A stretch of DNA of 64,000 bases, from positions 1,179 to 65,178 of the forward strand of contig JBFMHB010000006.1 of the NCBI GenBank assembly GCA_040752915.1. The letters run 5' to 3'. How positions within the stretch are numbered: position 1 is the stretch's first letter; each line of letters begins with the position of its first letter. The translations under genes and the position numbers were made by a program. A model generated the notes under the pieces. The model was not told the DNA's origin. It did not search any database and saw nothing but the letters and a program-made list of their open reading frames with translations. Shown here piece after piece: positions 26,478-36,086 of this stretch. The DNA is from Acidobacteriota bacterium. GTDB taxonomy: Bacteria > Acidobacteriota > UBA4820 > DSQY01.

Positions 26478-29048
26478 TCAGGAGGGCAGGCCGAGCTTCT
26501 TGCGAAGGCGATGGATCAGCAGGAGTGCTTCCAGGGGGGAAAGGGTGCCCTCGTCTACGGCGCGCAACTCCGCGAGGACGCGGGCCTCCTCGGCGCCACC
26601 CTCACCGGGGAAGAGGTTGGGCTGGCGCGGGCGGCCGGGCGGGGCCGATTCCAGGGAAAGACCCGCACGGCGGGCCTCCAGACGGGAGAGAATGGCCCGG
26701 GCCCGCTCCACGACCCTGGCTGGAACCCCGGCCAGCTCGGCCACGTGGATTCCGTAGGATCGGTCCGCGGCGCCCTCTTCAACGGTCCTCAAGAAAACGA
26801 CCCGCCCTTCATGCTCCCGGACCCCCATGGTGAGGTTCCGTACGCCGGGAAGGGTCTTCCCCAATTCGGTGAGTTCGTGGTAGTGGGTCGCGAAGAGGGT
26901 TCGGCACCCCACGCCCCCCTCCCCGCCCCGCAGGGCTTCCACGACGGCCCAGGCGATGGCCAGCCCGTCGTAGGTGCTGGTTCCGCGGCCCACCTCGTCG
27001 AGGATCACCAGGGACCGGGCGGTGGCATTTCGAAGGATGGCGGCCGTTTCGGTCATTTCCACCATGAAGGTGGACAGGCCCCGCAGGAGGCTGTCCCCGG
27101 CTCCCACCCTGCAGAAGAGACGGTCCGCCAGCCCCGTCACGGCCCTCCTCGCGGGCACGAAGGATCCCGTCTGGGCCATGATCGCGATGAGGGCGGCCTG
27201 CCGCAGGTAGGTGGACTTCCCCCCCATGTTGGGTCCGGTCAGGAGAACGATCTGGTCCTCACTTGTATCGAGACGGACCGGGTTGGGAATGAAGGGCTGG
27301 TGCCGGGAATCGAGTTCCAGGACGGGATGACGGCTCTCCTCCAGAAGAAGGACCGGATCGTCCACCACCTCGGGACGGGTGTAGGCGCGCGCCCTCGCCA
27401 GGTGCGCGAAGCCTTGAAGAACGTCCTCCCTCGCCAGGGCGCCCGCGGCCTCCCGGAAGACCGGAAGGACGGCAGCCAGCTCGGCCTGAAGGTCCGTCCA
27501 GAGCTTCGATTCGAGGGCTTCTCGGTCTGCCCGCGCGCTCAGGATTCTCGCTTCCAGGTCCCTCAGCTCGGAGGTCACGAAACGCTCCCCGTTGACCAGG
27601 GTCTGGCGCCGCTCGAAATCCGGGGGCACCCGTCCCAAGTTGGCTCGGCTGACCTCCAGAAAGTAGCCGAAGATCTTGTTGTAGCGGACCTTCAGGCTGG
27701 CGATCCCCGTGCGATCCCGCTCCCGGCGCTCCACCTCCAGGATGGCGGCATGGGCGTTTTCGGCCAGATCGCGCAAGGCGTCCAGCTCGGCGTTCCACCC
27801 CCGCGCGAAAATGCCTCCCTCCCGGGCGTGGGGAGGCGGGCATTCTTCGAGGACCTGGGCGAGCCGAGCCGCCCATCCGGTTAACTCCTCGCGGCTCAGG
27901 GCCCCGGGGACGCCTCCGGCCGCCGCAAGGCATTCCCTTACGCCCGGAAGCCTCTGAAGCGCCTCGCGCAGCATGGCCGCGTCCCTCGGGGTGGCGATCC
28001 CCGCGCCCAGCCTCGCCGTGACACGCGCCAGGTCCGGAAAGCCGCGGAGCCGCTCCCTCACGGTTCGCAGGTTCTGCGGGTTGGAAAGCCAACAGGCAAC
28101 GGTGCCCTGCCTGTGCAGGATCTCATCCCTCTGGGCGGACGGGGCCAGAAGCCAGTCCCGGAGCAGGCGCGAACCCATGGGGGTGAGGGTGGCATCCATG
28201 GCTTCGAGCAGGGTGCCCTTCCGCCCCCCCGTTTCGACCGACGCCACGAGTTCCAGGTTGCGCCGGGTGGCCTCGTCCAAGACGAGCGAAGTGCCCGGAA
28301 CTTCCGTCCTCGGAGGCTTGAGCACCTTGGCTCCGCGGTCTTGCAGGTAGTCCAGGACCGCGTGCAGCGCGCCCAGGGCTTCCCTCTCCGGAGGCAGGCC
28401 CGGCAATCCCGCGGGAAGACCGAACCGGCGACACAGGGCTTCCCGCGGGTCCCGGGGGTGAAACACCGCCGCCGGAAGGGGCGTGACGGCGGCGCCCGGC
28501 ACCTCGGGCGCCGGGAAACCCTCCGGATGGAGGATCTCCGCCGGGCCTACGGCCCGCAAGCGGTCCTGCGCTTCGGATGCGGTCGAGAGCCACACCACCA
28601 GGTCCCCCGACGAGAGGTCCGCCCACGCCATCCCGACGAAATCCTCGCCGGGACACCAGGCGGCCAAAAGGACCGTCTGGGACGCCTCCACGACGCCTTC
28701 TTCCAGGGCCGTTCCCGGGGTCACCACCCGGGTCACCTCCCGCCGCACCAGCCCCTTGGCGGTGGCCGGATCCTCCACCTGATCGCACAGGACCACCCGG
28801 AACCCCGCCCGGATCAATCGCCCGAGGTAGGCCTCCAGGGCGTGGTACGGAATGCCGGCCATGGGCATCGGCTCGACCTTGTTCTTTTCGCGGGTCGTGA
28901 GGGCGATCTCGAGGACCTCCGCGGCGATCCGGGCGTCCTCCCCGAACATCTCGTAAAAGTCGCCCATACGGAAGAGGACGATCTTGCCGGGATGCTGGTC
29001 CTTTACCCGCCGCCACTGGCGCATGGCGGGCGTGAGTTTCTCGTCCAC
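26478..29048 (-). CDS. mutS: DNA mismatch repair protein MutS
   Basis: TPAMRQW..VK..HPGKIVLFRMGDFYEMF N-terminus; Walker A GPNMGGKST; C-terminal HTH. Start placed at the GTG at 29048 by alignment to the typical MutS N-terminus. The track ORF runs to 29135. Confidence 0.85.
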   Translation of the reverse strand: MDEKLTPAMRQWRRVKDQHPGKIVLFRMGDFYEMFGEDARIAAEVLEIALTTREKNKVEPMPMAGIPYHALEAYLGRLIRAGFRVVLCDQVEDPATAKGLVRREVTRVVTPGTALEEGVVEASQTVLLAAWCPGEDFVGMAWADLSSGDLVVWLSTASEAQDRLRAVGPAEILHPEGFPAPEVPGAAVTPLPAAVFHPRDPREALCRRFGLPAGLPGLPPEREALGALHAVLDYLQDRGAKVLKPPRTEVPGTSLVLDEATRRNLELVASVETGGRKGTLLEAMDATLTPMGSRLLRDWLLAPSAQRDEILHRQGTVACWLSNPQNLRTVRERLRGFPDLARVTARLGAGIATPRDAAMLREALQRLPGVRECLAAAGGVPGALSREELTGWAARLAQVLEECPPPHAREGGIFARGWNAELDALRDLAENAHAAILEVERRERDRTGIASLKVRYNKIFGYFLEVSRANLGRVPPDFERRQTLVNGERFVTSELRDLEARILSARADREALESKLWTDLQAELAAVLPVFREAAGALAREDVLQGFAHLARARAYTRPEVVDDPVLLLEESRHPVLELDSRHQPFIPNPVRLDTSEDQIVLLTGPNMGGKSTYLRQAALIAIMAQTGSFVPARRAVTGLADRLFCRVGAGDSLLRGLSTFMVEMTETAAILRNATARSLVILDEVGRGTSTYDGLAIAWAVVEALRGGEGGVGCRTLFATHYHELTELGKTLPGVRNLTMGVREHEGRVVFLRTVEEGAADRSYGIHVAELAGVPARVVERARAILSRLEARRAGLSLESAPPGRPRQPNLFPGEGGAEEARVLAELRAVDEGTLSPLEALLLIHRLRKKLGLPS

Positions 29049-29151
29049 CGGTTCCCTCGCGGAGTGGCCCCTGTCGGGGGCTCTGCGGATTGTATCCCGG
29101 CGGGGCGACCTGCGCCAATGAAAGGAGGAAAACAAGAGGCTCCTCCCGCTG

Positions 29152-29180
29152 TTGACGGAGGGGAGGAGTGTGGGTAAAGT
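29152..29180 (+). promoter_or_regulatory. Sigma-70-type promoter upstream of glnA
   Basis: TTGACG (29152-29157), 17 nt, TAAAGT (29175-29180). Inverted repeat CTCCTCCC-N12-GGGAGGAG (29141-29168) brackets the -35. Confidence 0.45.
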
Positions 29181-29227
29181 GGCCCCCGTTATTTCGTTTC
29201 CCCTAGATGGAAGGAGGGTCCGAGGCC

Positions 29228-30640
29228 ATGGATGCGAAGGGCGTGATGGAGCTGATCCGAGAGAAGGGGATCCGGATGGTGGACCTCAGGTTCATGGACC
29301 TTCCGGGCCTGTGGCAGCATTTCACGGTGCCGGCCACGGTGTTTTCAGAGGACTCGTTCACCGAGGGCGTGGGCTTCGACGGCTCGTCCATCCGCGGCTG
29401 GCGCTCGATCCACGAGAGCGACATGATCGTCGTGCCCGACCCATCCAGCGCCTTCGTGGATCCCTTCTTCGTCCAGCCCACGCTCACCCTCATCTGCGAC
29501 GTCCTCGACCCCGTGACGCGGGAGAGGTACACCCGGGATCCGAGAAACATCGCCCACCGAGCCCAGAACTACCTGGTATCCACCGGCATCGCGGATACGG
29601 CCTTCTTCGGTTGCGAGGCCGAGTTCTTCGTGTTCGACGATATCCGCTTCGACCAGAACGCCTCCTCCGGCTACTACTTCCTCGATTCCTCCGAGGGGCG
29701 GTGGAACACGGGCCGGGACGAGAAGCCCAACCTGGGGTACAAGCCCCGCTACAAGGAGGGTTATTTCCCGGTCCCCCCCACTGATTCCCTTCACGATCTT
29801 CGGGCGGAGATGGTGCGCCTCATGGAGGAGGTGGGCCTCACAGTGGAGGCCCACCACCACGAGGTCGCCACGGCGGGACAGTCGGAGATCGACATCCGAT
29901 TCGACACCCTGGTCCAGACGGCGGACAACCTCATGAAGTTCAAGTACGTCGTGAAGAACGCCGCCCTTCGCCACGGCAAGACGGCCACCTTCATGCCCAA
30001 GCCCCTTTTCGGCGACAACGGGTCGGGAATGCACACGCACCAGAGCCTCTGGAAGGAGTCCAAACCCCTTTTCCCCGGGAACGGGTACGCGGGTCTATCC
30101 CAGATGGCTCTCCATTATATCGGGGGGCTCCTCAAGCACGCCCGGGCGCTGGCGGCCATCATCGCCCCCACCACCAATTCGTACAAGCGGCTGGTGCCCG
30201 GCTTTGAGGCCCCCGTGAACCTGGCCTACTCCCGCCGGAATCGCTCCGCCAGCATCCGCATCCCCCTGTACACCGAAAGCCCCAAGGCCAAGCGCATCGA
30301 ATTCAGGCCCCCCGACCCTTCCTGCAATCCCTACCTGGCCCTCGCCGCCCAGCTCATGGCGGGACTCGACGGCGTCCTGAACCGGATCGATCCGGGCCCC
30401 CCCCTCGACAAGGACCTGTACGGCCTGCCGCCGGAGGAGCTCAAGGAGATCCCCACCATGCCGGGCTCTCTCACCGAGGCCCTGGATTGCCTCGAGAAGG
30501 ACCACGCCTTTCTCCTCAAAGGGGACGTGTTCACGGAGGATTTCCTCCGCACCTGGATCGAGTACAAGCGACATCGCGAGGTGGAGGAAATCGCCCTACG
30601 CCCCCACCCGTACGAGTTCGCCCTGTACTACGACATTTAG
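29228..30640 (+). CDS. glnA: Glutamine synthetase type I
   Basis: Canonical GS-I motifs throughout. Start taken at the ATG at 29228 (AAGGAGG 9 nt upstream) rather than the track start at 29207. Confidence 0.9.
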   Translation: MDAKGVMELIREKGIRMVDLRFMDLPGLWQHFTVPATVFSEDSFTEGVGFDGSSIRGWRSIHESDMIVVPDPSSAFVDPFFVQPTLTLICDVLDPVTRERYTRDPRNIAHRAQNYLVSTGIADTAFFGCEAEFFVFDDIRFDQNASSGYYFLDSSEGRWNTGRDEKPNLGYKPRYKEGYFPVPPTDSLHDLRAEMVRLMEEVGLTVEAHHHEVATAGQSEIDIRFDTLVQTADNLMKFKYVVKNAALRHGKTATFMPKPLFGDNGSGMHTHQSLWKESKPLFPGNGYAGLSQMALHYIGGLLKHARALAAIIAPTTNSYKRLVPGFEAPVNLAYSRRNRSASIRIPLYTESPKAKRIEFRPPDPSCNPYLALAAQLMAGLDGVLNRIDPGPPLDKDLYGLPPEELKEIPTMPGSLTEALDCLEKDHAFLLKGDVFTEDFLRTWIEYKRHREVEEIALRPHPYEFALYYDI

Positions 30641-30750
30641 GCACCGGCCCGCGGACATCGAGACGGCGTGGTGGAAATCTCCAAACTTTTCCACAGGTCC
30701 CCGTCCAAGGCCATAAATGTAAGTAATTGATTTAGAAGGACTTGTTCACC

Positions 30751-30779
30751 TTGACAGAGTCCCGTCGGGGACTTATATT
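30751..30779 (+). promoter_or_regulatory. Near-consensus sigma-70 promoter in an AT-rich pocket
   Basis: TTGACA (30751-30756), 17-nt spacer containing inverted repeat AGTCCC-gtcg-GGGACT, then TATATT (30774-30779). Confidence 0.5.
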
Positions 30780-30804
30780 CTTCGGGCACGATTGAGGTGA
30801 CTGG

Positions 30805-30993
30805 ATGCCCAAGACCATCTCCTACGTTCGCCGGATCCTCCCCTTCGAGTCCAAGCGAGTCCCTACCCCCCCGCACGGCCAGAGCACGTCGAATTCTTCC
30901 ACCACCGCCAAGCAGCCGTCTTCCCTTCCAGGCTCCGGGACGATTCCCGAGGCCCCTGCCATTCCGGCTTCGCGGATTTCGGCGCCCCGGTGA
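30805..30993 (+). CDS. Small orphan ORF (62 aa, Ser/Thr/Pro-rich, no recognisable domain)
   Basis: RBS GAGGTGA 6 nt upstream of the ATG. GC3 about 79%, consistent with host usage. Flanked by the promoter above and a terminator below. Coding status unproven. Confidence 0.3.
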   Translation: MPKTISYVRRILPFESKRVPTPPHGQSTSNSSTTAKQPSSLPGSGTIPEAPAIPASRISAPR

Positions 30994-30998
30994 CGCGC

Positions 30999-31032
30999 AC
31001 CGGCGGGGGGAAACCCCCGCCGGTTCCGTTTT
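30999..31032 (+). terminator. Intrinsic terminator
   Basis: ACCGGCGGGGG-gaaa-CCCCCGCCGGT 11-bp GC stem followed by TTCCGTTTT. Lies 6 nt after the small-ORF stop. Confidence 0.6.
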
Positions 31033-31094
31033 CGCGGGATCGGACCGAGCCGGCCGCTCCCCAGGAGGGGCCGGTTCGTCTCTTGCTTCCCGGA

Positions 31095-31787
31095 TCAGCC
31101 CTTCTTCCTCGGAATGGGGAGGCCAAGGCGGGCCATGACCTGCTTGATGTCCCCCCAGACGTCTCCCTTCGCCGCCGGGTTGCGCAGAAGGTAGGATGGG
31201 TGGTAGGTGGGCATGAGGGGGATGCCCTTGAAATTCCGCCACGTCCCTCGAATGCGCGTGATCGCCATTTTCTCGCCGAGGAGTCCCTGGGCGGCGGTGG
31301 CGCCCAGCGTCACGATCACCTCCGGACGGATGCAGGCGATCTGGGCCTCCAGAAAGGGCATGCACGCGGCCATTTCATCGGGCAGGGGAACGCGGTTATC
31401 CGGGGGGCGACATTTGACCACGTTGGCGATGTACACGTCCTCGCGCTTCAGGCCCATCCCCCGGGTGATGATCTCGGTCAGGAGCTGACCCGCGCGCCCG
31501 ACGAAGGGGATCCCCTGTTCGTCCTCGTCGGCCCCCGGACCCTCTCCGACGAAAAGCAGGCGCGCCCTGGGGTTTCCCGCCCCGAACACGATCCGCGTCC
31601 TCTTCTCGCAGAGGCGGCAGAGGCGGCAGTCCCCCATGCCGATTCGCAGTTTCTCGAGAGGTTCCGTCGGAGGTCCTTCCGACACGAGCGGCGCGGGTCC
31701 GGGGCGGGTGAGGGCGTATCCCAGGCCCTCGCCCGCCAGGTACGCCGCCCGGAGGCGGAGCTGACCCCGAAGATCCTTATCGTCCAC
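31095..31787 (-). CDS. udg: Uracil-DNA glycosylase, family 4 (4Fe-4S)
   Basis: CRLCRLC...GEGPGADED...FVGRAGQLL...HPSYLLR, family-4 UDG motifs. Confidence 0.8.
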   Translation of the reverse strand: MDDKDLRGQLRLRAAYLAGEGLGYALTRPGPAPLVSEGPPTEPLEKLRIGMGDCRLCRLCEKRTRIVFGAGNPRARLLFVGEGPGADEDEQGIPFVGRAGQLLTEIITRGMGLKREDVYIANVVKCRPPDNRVPLPDEMAACMPFLEAQIACIRPEVIVTLGATAAQGLLGEKMAITRIRGTWRNFKGIPLMPTYHPSYLLRNPAAKGDVWGDIKQVMARLGLPIPRKKG

Positions 31788-33009
31788 GGCGGCTCTCTAC
31801 GATGGCGTCGAGAAGGGCCCGTGCGCACTCGGGCTTGGAAGCCTCCCGGATCCGCTCCTCGTGCCCATCGGGCCAGAGCAGGATCAGGGCGTTCCGGTCG
31901 GCGTCAAAGCCCGAATCCGGCCGGGACACGTCGTTGGCCGCCACCAGATCCAACCCCTTCTCCTTGAGCTTCTTGATGGCGTTCTCCCTCACGTTCTCCG
32001 TTTCGGCCGCGAACCCGCACACGAACTGGCCCGGCCGCCGGATCTTGCGGAGGCCCCCGAGGATGTCCGCGGTCTTGACGAGCCGAACGGTCCAGCCCTG
32101 GGGCCCCTTCTTCCGCTTCTGCGCCAGGACTTCGGCCGCACGGTAGTCGGCCACGGCCGCGGCCATCACGAGGAGGTCGCACTCCGGGAACCGGCTCCGC
32201 ACCGCCTCCCCCATCTCCTCGGCCGTGGTGACGTAGTGCACGCGCGCCCCGGGCGGCGGGTCCAGCGACACGGGCCCCGAGACCAGGTCCACCGAGGCTC
32301 CCCGCTGGAGGGCTTCGCGCGCCACGGCGTAGCCCATCTTTCCCGAGGAGCGGTTGGACAGGTACCGCACGGGATCCAGTCCCTCCCGGGTGGGGCCGGC
32401 GGTCACGAGAACGCGAAGCCCGGCCATATCCCCCCTCCGCTCCAGAAGGGAAACCGCCTCCTGGGCGATGGCCGCAGGTTCAGGCAGGCGCCCTTCGTCC
32501 ACATCGCCGCACGCCAGACTCCCCTTCCCCGGCTGGAGAACGGCGTGGCCGCGCTGTTCCAGGATCCGCAGGTTCTCCTGCACGGCGGGGTGCCTCCACA
32601 TGGCTCCGTTCATGGCCGGGGCCAGAAGGACGGGCGCTCCGCGGTTGGCGAGGTAGTGGGTCGTGAGGAAATCGTCGGCGATGCCCCGGGCGAATTTGCC
32701 CAGGACATTGGCGGTGGCCGGAGCCACCACCAGAAGTTCTTCCCACTTGGCCAGCTCGACGTGGGCGATGGAAGGCTCCCCCGCCCCCTCGAAAAGGTCG
32801 GTGATGACCGGGCGCCCGGAAAGGGCCTGGAAGGTCACCGGCGCCACCATGCGCGCCGCATGGGACGTCAGAACGACCTGGACCTCGCAGTTTCGATCCA
32901 TGAGCCGGCGCACCAGGTCACAGGCCTTGTAGATGCTGATCCCGGCCGAGACGCCCAGGGTCACGCGGCGTTTCGGCTGCGGGGCATGGGAATTCGTGAC
33001 TCCCGCCAT
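31777..33009 (-). CDS. coaBC: Bifunctional phosphopantothenoylcysteine decarboxylase / phosphopantothenate-cysteine ligase
   Basis: N-terminal flavoprotein domain (LGVSAGISIYKACDLVRRL) and C-terminal CoaB domain (RYLSNRSSGKMG). Confidence 0.85.
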   Translation of the reverse strand: MAGVTNSHAPQPKRRVTLGVSAGISIYKACDLVRRLMDRNCEVQVVLTSHAARMVAPVTFQALSGRPVITDLFEGAGEPSIAHVELAKWEELLVVAPATANVLGKFARGIADDFLTTHYLANRGAPVLLAPAMNGAMWRHPAVQENLRILEQRGHAVLQPGKGSLACGDVDEGRLPEPAAIAQEAVSLLERRGDMAGLRVLVTAGPTREGLDPVRYLSNRSSGKMGYAVAREALQRGASVDLVSGPVSLDPPPGARVHYVTTAEEMGEAVRSRFPECDLLVMAAAVADYRAAEVLAQKRKKGPQGWTVRLVKTADILGGLRKIRRPGQFVCGFAAETENVRENAIKKLKEKGLDLVAANDVSRPDSGFDADRNALILLWPDGHEERIREASKPECARALLDAIVESRRGR

Positions 33010-33046
33010 GGTCCGACTCCTTCCGCGGCCCCGCCGGGCCGCTTCC

Positions 33047-34816
33047 TCATTCGCCCGGCCGCAGCCGGACGCCCAGTTCGTCCAGTTGAGCGGCCTCCAC
33101 GGTTCCCGGAGAGCCCGTCATCAGGCACAGGCCCGAGGTGGTCTTGGGAAAGGCGATCACGTCCCGGATGGACTCGCAGCCCAGGAGGATCATGGCCAGG
33201 CGATCCAGACCGAAGGCAATCCCGCCGTGGGGCGGGGTCCCGAAGCGGAATGCGTCCAGGAGGAACCCGAATTTCTCCTGGGCCTGCTCCTCCGAAAACC
33301 CCAGGACCTTGAAGACCCTTCTCTGCACGTCCCCTCGGTGGATTCGGATGGATCCTCCCCCGATTTCGTTCCCGTCGAGGACGAGGTCGTAGGCGAGGGC
33401 CTCGGCCGCGCCGGGGTCGGTCTCCAGAATCCCCCAATCCTCGGGCCGGGGCATGGTGAAGGGATGGTGGCGGGCGGCCCAGCGACCCTCTTCCGCGCTC
33501 CATTCGAACATGGGAAACCGGTGGACCCAGAGGAGATCATGGCGGTCCGGCTCGAGGAGGCCGAGGGCCTTGGCGAAGTGGAGGCGGAGGGCCGAAAGGC
33601 AGGCGCAGGCCGTATCGTACCCGTCCGCGACGAAAAGCCCCAGGTCGCCGTCTCCGGCGCCCACCGCCTCCAGGAGGGCGCCGGCCGGGCCGTCGCCCAG
33701 GTGTTTCAGCGCGGGTCCGGCGATCTGCCCGCCCTTGCGCCAGAGGGTCACCACGCCCTTCCCTCCGTGAGGCTTCACGAGGCCGTTCAGGTCCTCCTGC
33801 TGCTTGCGGCTCGGTCCGGCCTGCCCGGGCACGGAGATCCCCCGGACCACCCCCCCGGCATCCAGCACCGACCGGAAAACGCCGAAGGAGGTCTGCCCGG
33901 CGATCCCGGAGACGGTCTTGAGCTCCATGCCGAAGCGCGTGTCGGGCTTGTCGCAACCGTACCGCTCCATGGCCTCTCGGTAGGAAACACGCGGGACCGA
34001 TGCGGGCGCGGGCCACCCGACCTCTTCGAAGAGGTCCAGGATGAGCCCCTCGGCCACGGCCATGACCCTTTCCTGAGTGGCGAAGGACATCTCGATGTCG
34101 ATCTGGGTGAACTCGAGCTGGCGGTCGGCCCTCAGGTCCTCGTCGCGGAAGCAGCGGACCACCTGAAAGTACCGGTCGAAGCCGGAGACCATGCACAGCT
34201 GCTTGAACAGCTGGGGGGACTGGGGCAGGGCATAGAAGGACCCACGCCTCAGGCGCGAGGGCACAAGGAAGTCCCGGGCGCCCTCGGGGGTGGACTTGGT
34301 CAGGAAGGGCGTCTCGATCTCGATGAACCCACGGTCCGACAAGAACTCCCGGGTCCGCCGCGTGAGGCGGTGGCGGGCCACGAGCCGCGCGTTCTGGAAG
34401 GGCCGTCTCAGGTCCAGGTACCGGTACTGCAGGCGCATCTCCTCGCTCACGAGGGCTTCGTCCTCCACGGCGAAGGGCGGCGTCTCGGCTTCGGCGAGAA
34501 CTTCCAGGAACGTGGCCGCCACCTCCACGGCCCCCGTTTGCATGTGGGGATTCACGTCACGCTCGCCCCGGAGGCGGACGGTCCCCCGCACCAGGATCAC
34601 GAATTCGGGCCTCAGCTCGTGGGCGCCCGCGAAGGCCGCCGCGTCCAGGTCTTCCGAGAAGACGATCTGGACGATCCCCTCCCGGTCTCGAAGGTCCACG
34701 AAGACGAGGCTTCCCAGATCCCTCCGCCGGCGGACCCATCCCATGAGGCAGACGCTCTGGCCCACGTGGCTCTTCCGGATCTCACCCGCGTAGTGCGTGC
34801 GTTCGGGCAGGTTCAT
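33047..34816 (-). CDS. aspS: Aspartate-tRNA ligase
   Basis: RTHYAGEIR...GWV.RRRDLG.L.F.DLRD (OB-fold N-terminus) and class II motifs. Start at the ATG at 34816 (MNLPERTHY). Confidence 0.9.
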   Translation of the reverse strand: MNLPERTHYAGEIRKSHVGQSVCLMGWVRRRRDLGSLVFVDLRDREGIVQIVFSEDLDAAAFAGAHELRPEFVILVRGTVRLRGERDVNPHMQTGAVEVAATFLEVLAEAETPPFAVEDEALVSEEMRLQYRYLDLRRPFQNARLVARHRLTRRTREFLSDRGFIEIETPFLTKSTPEGARDFLVPSRLRRGSFYALPQSPQLFKQLCMVSGFDRYFQVVRCFRDEDLRADRQLEFTQIDIEMSFATQERVMAVAEGLILDLFEEVGWPAPASVPRVSYREAMERYGCDKPDTRFGMELKTVSGIAGQTSFGVFRSVLDAGGVVRGISVPGQAGPSRKQQEDLNGLVKPHGGKGVVTLWRKGGQIAGPALKHLGDGPAGALLEAVGAGDGDLGLFVADGYDTACACLSALRLHFAKALGLLEPDRHDLLWVHRFPMFEWSAEEGRWAARHHPFTMPRPEDWGILETDPGAAEALAYDLVLDGNEIGGGSIRIHRGDVQRRVFKVLGFSEEQAQEKFGFLLDAFRFGTPPHGGIAFGLDRLAMILLGCESIRDVIAFPKTTSGLCLMTGSPGTVEAAQLDELGVRLRPGE

Positions 34817-36060
34817 GGCCGCTCCTTCAGGATTCGCTCCGCCAGGGCCTCCGCCGCCAGCGCCTGCTGCTCCCCGGTCTCGAGGTCCTTGAGCGTATAG
34901 ACCCCGCTCTGGCGCTCCTCCTCCCCCACGAGGACCACCCAGCGCACGTTCATGCGGTCGGCCCGTTTGAGGGCGGACTTGAAGGAACGCGCCGAGTGCT
35001 CCATCACGGCAACGGCGCCGGCGGCCCTCAGGTGCCGCGCCAGATCCAGCGCGGCCCCGTAGGTTCCCGGACCCGACCAGGCCACGTAAGTCCAAGGCTC
35101 GCGCCGCGCCGCCGGCTTCGGGAGCGCGAGCAGGAGCCGCTCCATGCCCAACGCCCATCCGAATCCCGGCAGGGCCGGCCCACCGAGCTGTTCCAGAAGG
35201 CCGTCATACCTCCCGCCGCCCAGCAGCGCGTCCTGGGCCCCGAGAGCGCTCGAAGAGACCTCGAAAACGGTGCGCGTGTAATAGTCCAGCCCGCGGACGA
35301 GGCGGTCTCTTTCGGCGAAACCGACGCCGAGGCGCCCCAGGGCCTCCCGAAGGCCGGCATGGTGCGCCGAGCAGGCCTCGCAGAGCAGGTCGCGAAACCG
35401 AGGCGCCCCGTCGAGGATGGGCTGGCAGGAGGGGACCTTGCAGTCCAGCACGCGGAGGGGGTTGGTTTCGAGCCGCCGGCGGCAGTCCCCGCACAGGCCT
35501 GCGGCGCTCTCCGACAGACGGGACCGGAGGGCCTCCACGAAGACGGGTCTGCAGACCGGACAGCCGACCGAGTTCACCTGGACGCGAACACCCAGGACAC
35601 CCACAACCTCCAGAAATTCCACGACCATGGCGATGGCTTCGGCGTCCGCTCCGGGGGCGGGGTCGCCCAAGACCTCCACGCCGATCTGGTGGAACTGCCG
35701 GTATCGCCCCTTTTGGGGGCGCTCGTATCGGAACTGGGGCCCGATGTAATAGAGCCTGGCGTGCAGGGGCGATTCGTGGAGGCGGTGCTCCACCATGGCC
35801 CGAGCCACGCCCGCCGTGTTTTCCGGGCGCAAGGTCAGGCTTCGGCCCTTCCGGTCGGGAAAGGTGAACATCTCCTTGGTGACGATGTCCGTTTCGTCCC
35901 CGATGCCCCGGATGAACAGTTCGGTGGGTTCCAAGACGGGGGTCCGGATCTCCGTGTATCCGTACCGGGAGAAGACCCGACGCGCCGCCTCCTCCACCGC
36001 CTGCCAGGCGGCGATCTCGGGAAAGACCAGGTCCTGCGTGCCTTTGACGGCCGTGATCAT
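34813..36060 (-). CDS. hisS: Histidine-tRNA ligase
   Basis: MITAVKGTQDLVFPE...RYGY.EIRTP..E...F typical HisS. ATG at 36060. Confidence 0.9.
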   Translation of the reverse strand: MITAVKGTQDLVFPEIAAWQAVEEAARRVFSRYGYTEIRTPVLEPTELFIRGIGDETDIVTKEMFTFPDRKGRSLTLRPENTAGVARAMVEHRLHESPLHARLYYIGPQFRYERPQKGRYRQFHQIGVEVLGDPAPGADAEAIAMVVEFLEVVGVLGVRVQVNSVGCPVCRPVFVEALRSRLSESAAGLCGDCRRRLETNPLRVLDCKVPSCQPILDGAPRFRDLLCEACSAHHAGLREALGRLGVGFAERDRLVRGLDYYTRTVFEVSSSALGAQDALLGGGRYDGLLEQLGGPALPGFGWALGMERLLLALPKPAARREPWTYVAWSGPGTYGAALDLARHLRAAGAVAVMEHSARSFKSALKRADRMNVRWVVLVGEEERQSGVYTLKDLETGEQQALAAEALAERILKERP

Positions 36061-36077
36061 GCATCCTCCGGAGGGCG

Positions 36078-36086
36078 ATTCTACCA
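36078..36086 (-). promoter_or_regulatory. Extended -10 promoter element upstream of hisS
   Basis: Minus-strand TGGTAGAAT (TGn plus TAGAAT) about 20 nt upstream of the GGAGGA RBS and the hisS ATG. No good -35. Confidence 0.35.

Noticed and set aside
29049-29135. First 29 codons of the track mutS ORF (MFSSFHWRRSPRRDT...)
   Set aside because: They do not align with the MutS N-terminus, which begins at ...LTPAMRQW. A GTG at 29048 gives the canonical start and a sensible divergent promoter region with glnA.
30637-31365. 242-aa minus-strand ORF spanning the small-ORF unit and the udg 3' end
   Set aside because: Arg/Gly/Pro-rich with no motifs. It overlaps udg (clear family-4 motifs) and runs antisense through a strong plus-strand promoter and terminator.
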